A stretch of DNA of 64,000 nucleotides from a bacterium (GCA_963651465.1 CAVJPS010000009.1:52395-116394), one strand, 5' to 3'; numbered from the stretch's first letter, positions 32,411 to 48,198 are shown. The notes: a model not told the origin generated them from the sequence alone. Numbers and translations: made by a program.

Positions 32411-33267
32411 TAATATTTTACCTTCCTTTCTTTTGCTTCTTTAAGTAAGAGCAAATAATTTTCATATGTTTGTTTAGGAATATTAATTCCTACCTCTAAT
32501 TTTACTTTACAATTTTTTTCATGTTCATGCAAACAATTAGAGAAAAAACATTTACCAATATAGTCTTTAATAAGTGGAAAGGATGAATTAACATCTTGAG
32601 GAGTTAATTCAATATCTAAACTTGAAAAGCCTGGAGTGTCTGCAATATATCCATTTTTGTATGGTAATAATACAACTTCTTTGGTTTGGTGTTTGCCACG
32701 GCCTAAAGCTTCTGAATACTCTCCAACCATACGTTTATATGATGGAACAATTGTATTTAAAAGAGAAGATTTACCTACCCCAGATTGTCCCATTAAAACA
32801 GTAACTTTATTTTTAAAGCATTCTTCTATTTCATCAATACCTTCTTTAGTAACTTTTGAAAAAAGAATAACTTTAATTCCATATGATTCAATAATATTTT
32901 TATAAATCTCCACTATTGAATCATCACTAACTTTATCTAATTTTGTAATAATAACTAAAGGTTTAACTTCGTTATAATTAATATATGTTAAAAACTTATC
33001 AACTAAGAACATTGAAAACTCCGGTTCTTTAATCGACATTACAATTGCGGCTTGATCAACATTCGCAATTAAAGGACGAATAAAGAAATTTCTTTGTTCA
33101 TAAACGTCTGTAATAATATTCTCGTTTGGGTCAAATTCAACAAAATCTCCAACAACTAATTTCCGTTTTTTGTGTTTGAAAAGTCCCCGAGCAGAAACAC
33201 AGAATTCTTCTTCGTTTACTCTTACTTTATATAGACCACAAACCGAAGCAACTATTATACCTTTCAT
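32410..33267 (-). CDS. rsgA: ribosome small-subunit-dependent GTPase A
   Basis: 285 aa with GQSGVGKSSLLN and a C-terminal Zn-finger with Cys/His ligands. Confidence 0.9.
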   Translation of the reverse strand: MKGIIVASVCGLYKVRVNEEEFCVSARGLFKHKKRKLVVGDFVEFDPNENIITDVYEQRNFFIRPLIANVDQAAIVMSIKEPEFSMFLVDKFLTYINYNEVKPLVIITKLDKVSDDSIVEIYKNIIESYGIKVILFSKVTKEGIDEIEECFKNKVTVLMGQSGVGKSSLLNTIVPSYKRMVGEYSEALGRGKHQTKEVVLLPYKNGYIADTPGFSSLDIELTPQDVNSSFPLIKDYIGKCFFSNCLHEHEKNCKVKLEVGINIPKQTYENYLLLLKEAKERKVKY

Positions 33268-34310
33268 TATTTTTTTATAACTCCTTCATGTTTAGCACGA
33301 AGTTGACCACATGCAGCATCAATATCACTACCAAATTCTTTACGAACAGTGACCATAACACCTTTCTTTTTTAAACGATCAAAAAAGGCTTTAACATTAT
33401 TTGAACGTTTATATCCATTTTCGTCAACTTCATTGTATGGAATTAAATTAATATGGCCAAATGTTGGCTTAATTAATTCAGCTAATTCATCGGCGTTTTC
33501 TAAACTATCGTTAACGCCACGTAATAAGATATATTCATAAGTTACACGACGATCAGCAATTTTGTTATATTCAGCAATTGCAGGAATTAAAACTTCTAAA
33601 GGATAAGCTTTATTTACTTTCATAATTTTATTACGTATTTCATTATTTGGAGCATGTAAAGAAATAGCAAGATTAATTTGTAATCCTTCATTTGCATAAT
33701 CAATAATACGTGGAGCAACACCACAAGTTGAAACAGTAATATGACGAGCACCAATAGCAAGTGCTTTTGGGTGATTAATAATACGAACAAAATCCATTAC
33801 ATTTTCGTAATTATCAAATGGTTCTCCAGTACCCATAACATCAATATGAGTAATTCTTTGGCCAGGTTCTTCGTTATCTAAAACTTCATTCATAGCAAGA
33901 ACTTGTCCAACCATTTCGTAAGTTTCAAGATTTCTTTGCTTTTTTAAAAGTCCTGAAGCACAGAAAGAACATCCCATATTACAACCAACCTGAGAAGATA
34001 CACATAATGCGTTTCCGTAATTATAACGCATTATGACAGATTCAATTTTTGAACCATCTTCTAATTCAAGTAAACATTTAATAGTATTATCAAATGATTT
34101 TTGTACAGTAAAAACTTTTGGTTTTATAAGACAATATTTTTCTTTAAGTACTTCTCTAAATTTTAATGAAATATCAGTCATTTCATCAAATGAAGTTGCT
34201 TTCTTCTCATAAATCCAAGTATATAGTTGAGTAGCTCTAAATTTTGTTTGTCCTTCTTGGAGCATTAAAGCTTCAAGCTTTTTAATTTCTAAACCATATA
34301 AATTAATCAT
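33267..34310 (-). CDS. rlmN: 23S rRNA/tRNA adenine-C2 methyltransferase RlmN (radical SAM)
   Basis: 347 aa with the CNMGCSFC motif. Confidence 0.9.
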   Translation of the reverse strand: MINLYGLEIKKLEALMLQEGQTKFRATQLYTWIYEKKATSFDEMTDISLKFREVLKEKYCLIKPKVFTVQKSFDNTIKCLLELEDGSKIESVIMRYNYGNALCVSSQVGCNMGCSFCASGLLKKQRNLETYEMVGQVLAMNEVLDNEEPGQRITHIDVMGTGEPFDNYENVMDFVRIINHPKALAIGARHITVSTCGVAPRIIDYANEGLQINLAISLHAPNNEIRNKIMKVNKAYPLEVLIPAIAEYNKIADRRVTYEYILLRGVNDSLENADELAELIKPTFGHINLIPYNEVDENGYKRSNNVKAFFDRLKKKGVMVTVRKEFGSDIDAACGQLRAKHEGVIKK

Positions 34311-34315
34311 ATCTA

Positions 34316-35593
34316 TTAACCTTGTTTTCTTAAAATTGCGAAGTAATAATCAGTTTTACGACGATCAAGTTCAAGAGATTGTCTTTCCTCTAAAAGTTTA
34401 TATTCAGGATGGAAGTTTAAGAATGATTTAATTAATAAACGACCTTCTTTATTATTACAAGTTTCAACTGTATATACTAAAGTTCCCCCGTCTATAACAT
34501 AGCGAGCGCCCTCTTCTAAAGCATCCATTTCAGCAAGAATAATTTCATCTAATTCACGTTGATCTAAATGCATAAAGAAATCAGGTATTGCACGAATTGC
34601 ATTAAAATTAGTAGATGTTGGTGCAACTACAACAACATCTTTTTCTCTAGTAACATAAGTTTCTAACACTTGAAGAGTTCCGGCTGCAAATTCCATCTTT
34701 TCAAAGCCATATTTTTGCGACATAATTTTAGCTTTTAAACGTTCAGCATCATCTTCATAATATACTCTAACGTAAGCACGGTTGGCTGCTTGTTCTGCTA
34801 ATGCAAATCCAATATTTGTATTAGCGTAGTCAATTACTAAAACATCTTCTGTTTTAATTCTTAATTTATTAACAAGATGATTTAAGCCATTACTAATTGG
34901 AATTAAATATCCATCTTCAACAAATTTAGATGTAGCCATTTCTTTATCTGGTTTAAAGGTAACGTCAGTACCAGATAAAGATAAACCATGAACGTAATGA
35001 CGTTCACCATTATCAATTATATATTTTTGAGTAGTTTTTAATTTATTAACACGCATTGATAAAGTTGGTGCTTTACGGGTATGTTCAGCAAGTTTTGTTG
35101 AAATAATCTTGCCGTAATGTTTACTCCACATAGTTACTAACCAAGATGGAATATTATTTTCTAAAGATACATATTTAGCTGAATCTTTAGCAACATTTGT
35201 TGGAACTAAAGTTTTATATTTTGCTTTATTCTCAAACAACTTTTCTACTAAATCATAGGAAACAAGAGACTTATTAGTTTTAAATAAATCACTAAGTTCA
35301 GTAAGTATTTCATCAGAACTAATTCCAGAAGTAAAAATATATGCTGCAAGAGCAACACCTATCATATAACGATCATTATTTCTAATTGCTTGAAATGCGT
35401 AATCAATAATATTAAATATTGCTAATTGATGACGAAAAAAAGAAACACAAACCTTTTTTAATAATTTCCTATTATCAGGATTTAATGTATGATTTTCTAG
35501 ATATTGTTTTAATGAAGTTGATAAGTGATATCGTTTTTGATATACCTTATAACATATTTCGTATGAAGCATGAATAAGTTCCATATAAGTCAT
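34316..35593 (-). CDS. RsmB/Sun-family rRNA m5C methyltransferase-like protein (catalytic motifs appear degenerate)
   Basis: 425 aa. N-terminal NusB-like region and a C-terminal MTase fold with TLVYTVETCNNKEG (motif VI-like). The motif IV Pro-Cys is replaced by APTSTN. The SAM motif is diverged. Confidence 0.55.
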   Translation of the reverse strand: MTYMELIHASYEICYKVYQKRYHLSTSLKQYLENHTLNPDNRKLLKKVCVSFFRHQLAIFNIIDYAFQAIRNNDRYMIGVALAAYIFTSGISSDEILTELSDLFKTNKSLVSYDLVEKLFENKAKYKTLVPTNVAKDSAKYVSLENNIPSWLVTMWSKHYGKIISTKLAEHTRKAPTLSMRVNKLKTTQKYIIDNGERHYVHGLSLSGTDVTFKPDKEMATSKFVEDGYLIPISNGLNHLVNKLRIKTEDVLVIDYANTNIGFALAEQAANRAYVRVYYEDDAERLKAKIMSQKYGFEKMEFAAGTLQVLETYVTREKDVVVVAPTSTNFNAIRAIPDFFMHLDQRELDEIILAEMDALEEGARYVIDGGTLVYTVETCNNKEGRLLIKSFLNFHPEYKLLEERQSLELDRRKTDYYFAILRKQG

Positions 35594-35670
35594 CTCCTAT
35601 ATATAAATAATTTTAACATTTGAGTATCTTATACTCAATAAAAAAACGTGGAAGTTTTCCACGTATTTGT

Positions 35671-36168
35671 TTACTTGTTTTTATCGTCAATTTTAAATTC
35701 ATCGTAACCTTGTTCACGACGCTTTTCTTCTATTTTCTCTTCTAAGTTTTCAAAGATATTACCAGTATATACATTTTCAATATCTTCTTCGCTATAATCA
35801 TCATCGACATTTACAGTATTAGAATCGGTGATGTATAAAGGATAATCGTCATTAATAAAGTCATAACTATTATCTTCATCGTGATAAATGAATTTAACAT
35901 GCATATGAATAACATATTTCTTTAAAGTTTCAACAATAAACTTATAAACTAGTTTTTCAAAAACTTCAAATTCACGAGAAGCTTCAACTTTAACAATAAC
36001 GTTAAATGAAGTTTGATCAACACCATTATGAATAACCATAGCTTGTGGTGCAATAAATAAAATTTCACTTTCGTCAATTTCGTAAATATTTGCTAAACGA
36101 CTAGTAACTTCAGCCGAGTAATCTGCAATAACAAATTGATCTAAACCAATAATAGAAACTGTAATCAT
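35671..36168 (-). CDS. hypothetical acidic protein
   Basis: 165 aa with a D/E-rich C-terminus. It sits where rpoZ is often found (downstream of gmk) but has no RpoZ similarity. Confidence 0.4.
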   Translation of the reverse strand: MITVSIIGLDQFVIADYSAEVTSRLANIYEIDESEILFIAPQAMVIHNGVDQTSFNVIVKVEASREFEVFEKLVYKFIVETLKKYVIHMHVKFIYHDEDNSYDFINDDYPLYITDSNTVNVDDDYSEEDIENVYTGNIFENLEEKIEEKRREQGYDEFKIDDKNK

Positions 36169-36214
36169 AATAATTCTCCTTTTAAGTAAAAAAAGATATT
36201 TAATATATCTTCTT

Positions 36215-36799
36215 CTACTTTATTATTTTAGCATTAATCTTGCTTCTGATAATAGATTTAATTTCATCAGCAGCTCTTTCAACGCGATCATTTAATACAA
36301 TATAATGGTAATTATATTTTTCAGGTATCTCACGACGTGCCTTTTCAATACGTTCTTTAATAATTTCTTCAGACTCAGTTTTACGTCCACGGATTCTTTC
36401 TTCTAAAGCTTTCATAGATGGAGGCATTAAGAAAATTGAAAAAACATCATTTCCTTTACATCTTGAAAGTACTTGCTTAGCGCCTTCAATTTCAATTTCA
36501 AGAATTACGTTTTTTCCTTCGTTTCTTAATTTTTCAACATAATCTCTTGGAGTTCCATAACGATTACCAACAAAAGAAGCGTACTCTAAGAAATTGTCGT
36601 TTGTAATATTACGATCAAATTCCTCATTACTTACAAAGAAATAATCAACCCCGTCAACTTCTTCATTTCTTGGTTTACGTGTTGTCATGGAAATAGAATA
36701 AGCAAGGTTTAAGGAATCATCTTCCATAATACGGCGACGAACTGTACCTTTACCTACTCCACTAGGTCCACTGATAATAATTAATAGTCCTTTTTGCAT
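36215..36799 (-). CDS. gmk: guanylate kinase
   Basis: 194 aa with GPSGVGKGT. Confidence 0.9.
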   Translation of the reverse strand: MQKGLLIIISGPSGVGKGTVRRRIMEDDSLNLAYSISMTTRKPRNEEVDGVDYFFVSNEEFDRNITNDNFLEYASFVGNRYGTPRDYVEKLRNEGKNVILEIEIEGAKQVLSRCKGNDVFSIFLMPPSMKALEERIRGRKTESEEIIKERIEKARREIPEKYNYHYIVLNDRVERAADEIKSIIRSKINAKIIK

Positions 36800-36956
36800 A
36801 CTAAATTACCTTTCCACATAAATAGGTATATTTATTATAATTTTTTAGAATATATATTGCAAGGAAAAATAAGGGTAAGAAAACGCTTTTATTTTTACTA
36901 TCTTCTAAGAAAAAAAGACTCTTATTACTAATAAGAGCCTTTAAATACATTTTTAA

Positions 36957-38273
<1,317 letters not shown>

Positions 38274-38396
38274 TTAAATGTGATATTTACACACTAATGA
38301 TTTTATTACATAGTAATAAATATTGTCAAGAAACACGATAATTAAAAAAGCGTTTTCATATAAAAAAATTGCAGATTTTATTCTGCAATTGTATTT

Positions 38397-38918
38397 TTAT
38401 TTATTTTCTTCAAAAAGGAAGTTTTCGCCTTTAATAACTTCATGACGGACTAAACCGTTAAAATTATTTTGACGGCATACTTCACTAGCAACGATAGCTA
38501 CACAATTTGATAAATTCATACTTCGAGCATTTTCTACCATTGGAATACGTAATGAATGATCAAAATGTTCACGTAATATATCGTGGTCAATACCAGTAGA
38601 TTCTCGACCAAACATTAAATAAACATCATTAGAAGTATAATCTCCGTAATTAACATCTGTATAAGTTTTATTAGAATAACGAGTAATGTACCAAATTACT
38701 TTGTCACTATTTTTTTCTAAAAATTCTTCATAATTATGGTAATAAACCATTTGTAATTCATCAATATAATCCATGCCAGCTCTTTTTAATGATTTTTCAT
38801 TCAATGTAAAAGGTAAAGGTCCAATAATATGAAGTTTTGCATTTAAAGCAACGCAGGTTCTCATAATATTACCAGTATTTTGAGGAATCTCAGGATGATA
38901 TAAAATAATATTTAACAT
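38397..38918 (-). CDS. trmL: tRNA (cytidine/uridine34-2'-O)-methyltransferase, SpoU/TrmL family
   Basis: 173 aa starting MLNIILYHPEIPQNTGNIMRTC. Confidence 0.8.
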   Translation of the reverse strand: MLNIILYHPEIPQNTGNIMRTCVALNAKLHIIGPLPFTLNEKSLKRAGMDYIDELQMVYYHNYEEFLEKNSDKVIWYITRYSNKTYTDVNYGDYTSNDVYLMFGRESTGIDHDILREHFDHSLRIPMVENARSMNLSNCVAIVASEVCRQNNFNGLVRHEVIKGENFLFEENK

Positions 38919-38996
38919 AGTTAACCTCCAACATATAATACTTTTTTTAAGTTCTTTAATAGTATATAATTAATTATAAAGAAAGGGTACAAGAAA

Positions 38997-39863
38997 ATGT
39001 CTAATGTTAAAAAAATATTTGAATCTTTAGTTAATACTAGGATGTATACGATTCAAACACTTAATAAAGGTCTAACAAATAATTCATATCTTGTAAATAA
39101 CACATATTTTTTTAGTATGAAAAAGAAAAAAATGTGTCCTTTTTATAATCCTTATAATGAAATAATAGTAGCAGAAGACCTAGCTCCAACTCATATTGAT
39201 TTTTATTGTAAAGCTCGTGATTTAAAAGGTAATAAAGTTACAATTTATGAACCTTTAGCAATTGAATTTGTTCCATCAAAATGTACTAAAAATCAATTAG
39301 AAAAAATTGCTAATGCATTTATTACTATTCACAATACCAAAACAAGATTAATTGACGAATTTAATTATCTAGATAGATTAAAATTTTATCGTAGTTATGT
39401 ATTTGATCAAGTCTTTGATAAAAATTTAGACAAACAGGTAAAACAAAATGCCAAAAAATATTTTGCAAATTGTCCAAAAGTTCTATGTCACAATAACGTT
39501 GATAAATTAAATATTGTTTTTATAGAAGATCAAATTAGAATAATTGATTTTGAAGACGCATGTTTAAACGATCCAATGTTTGATTTAGTAACCTTCTTGT
39601 CTAACTGTAATATTACGTCATATGACCAAATAACTACATTATTAAAATGTTATTATAAGAATAGTTACAACAAGTACTTATACCAAAAAGCAATCGATTA
39701 TTATCAAATGATTGATTATATAAATTATTATAAATACATGACCTTATATTTAATAAGTAAAGATGATGAATTTATATTAAAAGCAGACGATTGTAAAGGA
39801 AGACTAGAAGAAATATATAACTTCCCACTTAAAAAGAAGAAAACAAAAAAAGAAAGCGAATAA
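38997..39863 (+). CDS. phosphotransferase-family kinase (choline/aminoglycoside kinase-like)
   Basis: 288 aa with a Brenner-like HNNVDKLN and an IIDFEDA (DFG-equivalent) motif. Confidence 0.6.
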   Translation: MSNVKKIFESLVNTRMYTIQTLNKGLTNNSYLVNNTYFFSMKKKKMCPFYNPYNEIIVAEDLAPTHIDFYCKARDLKGNKVTIYEPLAIEFVPSKCTKNQLEKIANAFITIHNTKTRLIDEFNYLDRLKFYRSYVFDQVFDKNLDKQVKQNAKKYFANCPKVLCHNNVDKLNIVFIEDQIRIIDFEDACLNDPMFDLVTFLSNCNITSYDQITTLLKCYYKNSYNKYLYQKAIDYYQMIDYINYYKYMTLYLISKDDEFILKADDCKGRLEEIYNFPLKKKKTKKESE

Positions 39864-39927
39864 GCTTTCTTTTCTTCTTTTTGGAATCTTATAATTTGCT
39901 AATAAGCTATATTGTACGCTTCAAAAC

Positions 39928-40152
39928 TTAGCAAGGTAAAATTCTACAAATTGTGCCTTTAGCAATCATGAAGATTAAGTCTAAAATCCACATAATGAAT
40001 CCTAAACCAATAAGACGTAAAATACCAGCAACGATTTTACCTTCCATGAAACGTGTGATAAAACCAAATAACCATGCTGTTACTGGGATGATTGCGAAAA
40101 TGATAGAAAGTACTCTACCAAAACCGAAATAACCTTTTGAACCTTTTGCCAT
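39928..40152 (-). CDS. small membrane protein (two TM helices)
   Basis: The start is placed at MAKGSKGYF, which has an AGGAGG RBS. 74 aa. Confidence 0.5.
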   Translation of the reverse strand: MAKGSKGYFGFGRVLSIIFAIIPVTAWLFGFITRFMEGKIVAGILRLIGLGFIMWILDLIFMIAKGTICRILPC

Positions 40153-40285
40153 TATAAATTTCCTCCTATTACTGCTATTATAACATATCAAATATTTATA
40201 ACGTTAGTACTATCAAATAAAAATATCAATTTTTTATCGAAAAAAGAAAGAAAAAAAGACTTGTACAATACAAGTCTTTAGTTAG

Positions 40286-40921
40286 CTATTTCTTTGATGC
40301 GTCTGCAAAGATTTTTAAGCCGGCATCTGTTAATGGATGTTTAACCATTTTCTTTAAAACAGCAGCTGGAATTGTAGCAATATCAGCTCCTGCTAAAGCA
40401 GCTTGTTCAACGTGAGCTAAGTTACGAATTGATGCTGCAATAACTTTAGTTTCATAACCATAGTTATTAATCATTTCCATGACTTTAGCAACAACTTCTT
40501 CCCCGCTAGAACCCATATCATCAACACGACCCATAAAAGGTGAAATAAATGTTGCACCAGCTTCACATGCCATTAATGCTTGTGGAACACTGAAGATTAA
40601 TGTAACGTTAGTATGGATTCCTAATTTTGTTAATTCACTACATGCATGAACACCATCAAGTGTCATAGGTAATTTAATAACAATATTTTTATGAATTTTA
40701 ACTAATTCTTTAGCTTGAGCAACCATTGTTTCCCAAGAAGATTCATCAACTTCAGCACTAATTGGTCCATCAACTAATGTAACAATTTCTTTAATTACAT
40801 CTTCAAGTTTACGGCCTTCTTTAGCGATTAATGAAGGGTTTGTTGTAACACCAGAGATTACACCCCATTGTGCAGCTTCACGAATATCATCAATATTAGC
40901 TGTATCAATAAATAATTTCAT
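40286..40921 (-). CDS. fructose-6-phosphate aldolase/transaldolase (TalC/Fsa family)
   Basis: 211 aa starting [31 protein letters not shown]. Confidence 0.85.
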   Translation of the reverse strand: MKLFIDTANIDDIREAAQWGVISGVTTNPSLIAKEGRKLEDVIKEIVTLVDGPISAEVDESSWETMVAQAKELVKIHKNIVIKLPMTLDGVHACSELTKLGIHTNVTLIFSVPQALMACEAGATFISPFMGRVDDMGSSGEEVVAKVMEMINNYGYETKVIAASIRNLAHVEQAALAGADIATIPAAVLKKMVKHPLTDAGLKIFADASKK

Positions 40922-40936
40922 ATCAAAATTCTCCTT

Positions 40937-41467
40937 TTATTTGTGAAATTTATCTTTATATGCTTGAATACATTTCTTAACAACTCTAACAGCTTCTTCT
41001 CTATTACCAGCAGAAATAATTTTAGTATTTTTACCTTCAAGAGTTTTATAAACTGTAAAGAAGTGTTCGATTTCATCAACAATATGTTGAGGTAATTCAG
41101 ACATATCTTTGTATGAGTTATAGACAGGGTCACTTGAACAAATAGCAATAATCTTTTCGTCATTCGAACCATTGTCAATCATATTAACAATGCCGATTGG
41201 GTAACATTTGACTAATGCAAGAGGAATAATCTCTTCTGAGCAAATAACAAGTACGTCTAATGGGTCATTATCTTCAGAATATGTTCTTGGAATAAAGCCA
41301 TAGTTGTGTGGATAATGTGTTGAAGTGTATAAAATACGATCGAGAATTAAACGACCAGTCGATTTATCGAGTTCGTATTTGTTTTTACTTCCTTTGGAAA
41401 TTTCTACACAGACGATGAATTCTTCAGGGGAAATTCTACTCTCTTCAATGTCATGCCATAAATTCAT
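40937..41467 (-). CDS. ppa: inorganic pyrophosphatase (family I)
   Basis: The start is placed at MNLWHD, which has an AGGAGG RBS. DPLDVLV motif present. Confidence 0.85.
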   Translation of the reverse strand: MNLWHDIEESRISPEEFIVCVEISKGSKNKYELDKSTGRLILDRILYTSTHYPHNYGFIPRTYSEDNDPLDVLVICSEEIIPLALVKCYPIGIVNMIDNGSNDEKIIAICSSDPVYNSYKDMSELPQHIVDEIEHFFTVYKTLEGKNTKIISAGNREEAVRVVKKCIQAYKDKFHK

Positions 41468-41583
41468 CTTAATCCCTCCTATCATAGAGATATTATAGCA
41501 TACACACCATTTAATAAAAATCAAAAAATAAATATTATTTCGAAGAATTTTAGTATATATTGAATGTGTAAAGGAGGAAAATT

Positions 41584-42075
41584 ATGAAACTTAATAAATC
41601 CATTATTTCATTATCATTAATTCCTTTACTAACTCTAAGTGGTTGCACCCATAAAAATGATATTACAATTGAAGTTTTAACTAACGCAAATATTATTTAT
41701 GATGAATCTAAAACATCATTTGCAGATTACACTACTAGTCTTTCTACCGATGATATAAATGATAAACTAGATAACTTAGAGTCTTTTATTCTGATTTTAT
41801 ATAGTGATACTTGTAGTGTTTGTAATGAGGTTAAACCTTATATTATTGATTATATATGTTCAAATCAATATGTTTTTTATGGAGTAGGTATATATGATTA
41901 TGAAAATACTGCTTTAAAAGAAGCACTTGATAGAATACATAAATTTGACTCCCTTGCAGCTCCCCGTATATTTTTTGTAAGTAATGGTAACGAACTATAC
42001 ACTCAAAATGGATTTAATAAAAAAGAACGTAATGCTAATTATATAAAAACAACATGTGATTATTATATAAACTAA
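41584..42075 (+). CDS. thioredoxin-like lipoprotein (CxxC)
   Basis: Lipobox LSGC and a CSVC redox motif, in a Trx-like context. Confidence 0.5.
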   Translation: MKLNKSIISLSLIPLLTLSGCTHKNDITIEVLTNANIIYDESKTSFADYTTSLSTDDINDKLDNLESFILILYSDTCSVCNEVKPYIIDYICSNQYVFYGVGIYDYENTALKEALDRIHKFDSLAAPRIFFVSNGNELYTQNGFNKKERNANYIKTTCDYYIN

Positions 42076-42151
42076 AAAACTACTCATTTTTGAATTAATC
42101 AATAACTGAGTAGTTTTAATTTTACTTAACTTTTTTTGTTGTGGAAAATGT

Positions 42152-43396
42152 TTACTTAGTTGTAGCCTTTTTTTGTGATACAGCTTTCTTTGAAGTTTCA
42201 TTTTTAGTATTTAATTCAAGTTTCCAACATCTTCTTTTTTTATGTAATACTTTTTCATAATCTTTCCATTGGTCTTGAACTCCACTATTAATTTCTGCTT
42301 CCGGACCTGATTCAGCATATTTAATACCATTTCTTATACATGCTTTAATACCTTCAAGCATAATAATGCCATTAACGCCTTTTCCCATATATTCTGGGAT
42401 AACTCCAATTGAATATAAGTCTACAGTATCATTATGTTTTAAGTCCTTTATTAAATTAATAATGCCTTTAGGTGATAATTTACCACCACAAATTTTCATT
42501 GCTCTAGATAATGATGGAGCAAAAAAGCCATACGCTACTAATTTATTATTTTGATCTTCAACCGCAAATAAATATTCGGTATTAAGAACTATACCAAAGT
42601 TACAAATAAATTCATCCATTTGACGTTCACTTAAACTTGTAAAACCAGGAAGGCCATCGTAAACTTCATTCATAATAGTTAAACCCTTACGAATATAAGG
42701 ATAAATTTCTTTCTTATTTTTAAAATATTTAACATGCAAATTAAAATGATTTAAAGTAAGATTTGAAATTCTTTCTAATCTTTGAACACGAGGATCTTCT
42801 ATTGAAGTAGGAAGAGTAATATGATATTCATTCCAATCATTTTCTTTTCCAAATCCTAATTTTTCCATATGTTTTAAATAATATGGATAATTCCATAAAG
42901 TAATGTACATTGATAATTGATCAAAGCCATCAATTAACATACCTTCTTGGTCTAAATCACTAAAGCCAATTGGTCCAATTACCTCTGTGCATTTTCTTTC
43001 TTTAGCCCATTCTACAACGACGTCAACTAACCCTTTTGAAACTTCATAATCATCAATAAAGTCAAAACGTGTAAAGCGCATTATTTCTTTATTAACTTTT
43101 TTATTAAACTTGTGGTTTAAAATTGCACCAATACGGCCAACAATTTTATTACCTACATAAGCTAACCAATAACGGACTTCTGACCATTCAAAAGCACCAT
43201 TTTTTTTAGGTTTAAGAGTGTTATATTCATCACCATCTAATAGTGGAACATATTCTTTTACATTTTTAAATAATTCGTGTGGAAAACGGACAAATTTCAA
43301 CATTGCCTTTTTATCATTAATCTTAATTTCTTTTATATCTATCATACATTTACCCTTTATTGCTTTTATTTTACTATTCATTAAAGAATCTTTCAA
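42152..43396 (-). CDS. hypothetical protein, possibly GNAT-fold acyltransferase-like
   Basis: 414 aa with no clear catalytic motif recognised and a basic C-terminal tail. Confidence 0.3.
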   Translation of the reverse strand: MKDSLMNSKIKAIKGKCMIDIKEIKINDKKAMLKFVRFPHELFKNVKEYVPLLDGDEYNTLKPKKNGAFEWSEVRYWLAYVGNKIVGRIGAILNHKFNKKVNKEIMRFTRFDFIDDYEVSKGLVDVVVEWAKERKCTEVIGPIGFSDLDQEGMLIDGFDQLSMYITLWNYPYYLKHMEKLGFGKENDWNEYHITLPTSIEDPRVQRLERISNLTLNHFNLHVKYFKNKKEIYPYIRKGLTIMNEVYDGLPGFTSLSERQMDEFICNFGIVLNTEYLFAVEDQNNKLVAYGFFAPSLSRAMKICGGKLSPKGIINLIKDLKHNDTVDLYSIGVIPEYMGKGVNGIIMLEGIKACIRNGIKYAESGPEAEINSGVQDQWKDYEKVLHKKRRCWKLELNTKNETSKKAVSQKKATTK

Positions 43397-43439
43397 TTAT
43401 TATTTAATGCTTAAAAAAAAGATAGTTTGATAACTATCT

Positions 43440-43837
43440 TTATTTCTTATTATATACTTCATCACGAAGGAGTGCTCTTGCTAAGGCAAGACGAGCACGT
43501 TTCATATCAATATTTGGATCATTTGAATTTAAACGTTTATTAGCTCTTTCTTCAGCTCTTTTTGCACGTTCAATATCAATTTCATCTTTTCTTTCAATCA
43601 TGTTAGCTAGTAACAACGTACTTTCTTCATTAACATTAATGACACCACCATGAATAGCGTATTCAGTTGTGATACCATTTGCACGTATAGACATTGCACA
43701 TGGAGTTACCATACTAACAAGAGGCATATGATGAGGTAAAATTCCAACGTAACCATCATTTAACTTGATATTTAAGATATCAACTTCTCCTTCAAAATAT
43801 ACTTTTTCAGGAGTAACTATTTTTAATTTAAAACTCA

Positions 43838-43838
<1 letters not shown>
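43440..43838 (-). CDS. atpC: F0F1 ATP synthase epsilon subunit
   Basis: 132 aa, last gene of the atp operon; a terminator follows. Confidence 0.9.
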
Positions 43839-45256
<1,418 letters not shown>

Positions 45257-45263
45257 CTACCTC

Positions 45264-46112
45264 CTATTTATTAATAGCGCCACCAACAACCTCAGTAATT
45301 TCTTGAGTAATTGCTGCTTGACGTGCTTTGTTATAATCTAATTGTAATTTTTCAATTAATTCTTCTGAGTTATCTGTAGCTGTTTCCATAGCTGTACGAC
45401 GAGAAGCTTGCTCAGATACTTGAGATTCAATTAATTTTCCATATAAAACACTTTTAATATATAAAGGAATTAAAGTGTCTAATATTTCTTCTGGACTTGG
45501 TTCCATTAATATATCTTTTCCAGTTGATTTTTTAGCATCAAAATTTGTAACTGGTAAAAGAGTTAATAATTCTGGAACAAAAGTTAATGAGTTAACGTAC
45601 TTTGTATAGATTAAATGAATATGATCAAAATTTCCTTTGGAATATTCATTTAATAAATCATTTGCCATTGATTCTACTCTTGCGTACTCAATACTATTAC
45701 TAATATCAATATATTTTGTATCTATATTAGAATAAATATTTTGATAATGAGTAAAACCTTTTAAACCAACTATAACTACTTTATCGTTTGGTTTAACATA
45801 TTCGTTAACCTTTTTATAAATATCGTAATTAAATCCAGCACAAAGACCTAGGTTAGACGTAATGACTATGTATAAATCTTTACCACATGAATTACCTTTA
45901 ATGTAAGGTGATTCAAGTTGTCCATCACTAACACGTCCTAAAACATCATTAGCTAATTCAATCATTGCCTTTGTATATTCTGAATTTTGAATAAGTTTAT
46001 CTTTCCAAGTTTTTAATTTTGCAGTTGCGACAAGTTCCATCGCTTTTGTAATTTTTTTTGTGGACTGGACTGATTGTATTCTTTTTTTAGTACCTTCCAT
46101 TCCTAATGACAT
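45264..46112 (-). CDS. atpG: F0F1 ATP synthase gamma subunit
   Basis: 282 aa, positioned between the alpha and beta subunit genes. Confidence 0.9.
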   Translation of the reverse strand: MSLGMEGTKKRIQSVQSTKKITKAMELVATAKLKTWKDKLIQNSEYTKAMIELANDVLGRVSDGQLESPYIKGNSCGKDLYIVITSNLGLCAGFNYDIYKKVNEYVKPNDKVVIVGLKGFTHYQNIYSNIDTKYIDISNSIEYARVESMANDLLNEYSKGNFDHIHLIYTKYVNSLTFVPELLTLLPVTNFDAKKSTGKDILMEPSPEEILDTLIPLYIKSVLYGKLIESQVSEQASRRTAMETATDNSEELIEKLQLDYNKARQAAITQEITEVVGGAINK

Positions 46113-46136
46113 AACTTGTCACCTCCGTTCATAAAA

Positions 46137-48197
<2,061 letters not shown>

Positions 48198-48198
<1 letters not shown>

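Noticed and set aside
35671-36168. A 165-aa ORF downstream of gmk as a divergent RNA polymerase omega (rpoZ)
   Set aside because: It shows no similarity to the RpoZ core (about 70 aa, conserved ARRAR-like region). It is retained as a hypothetical protein.
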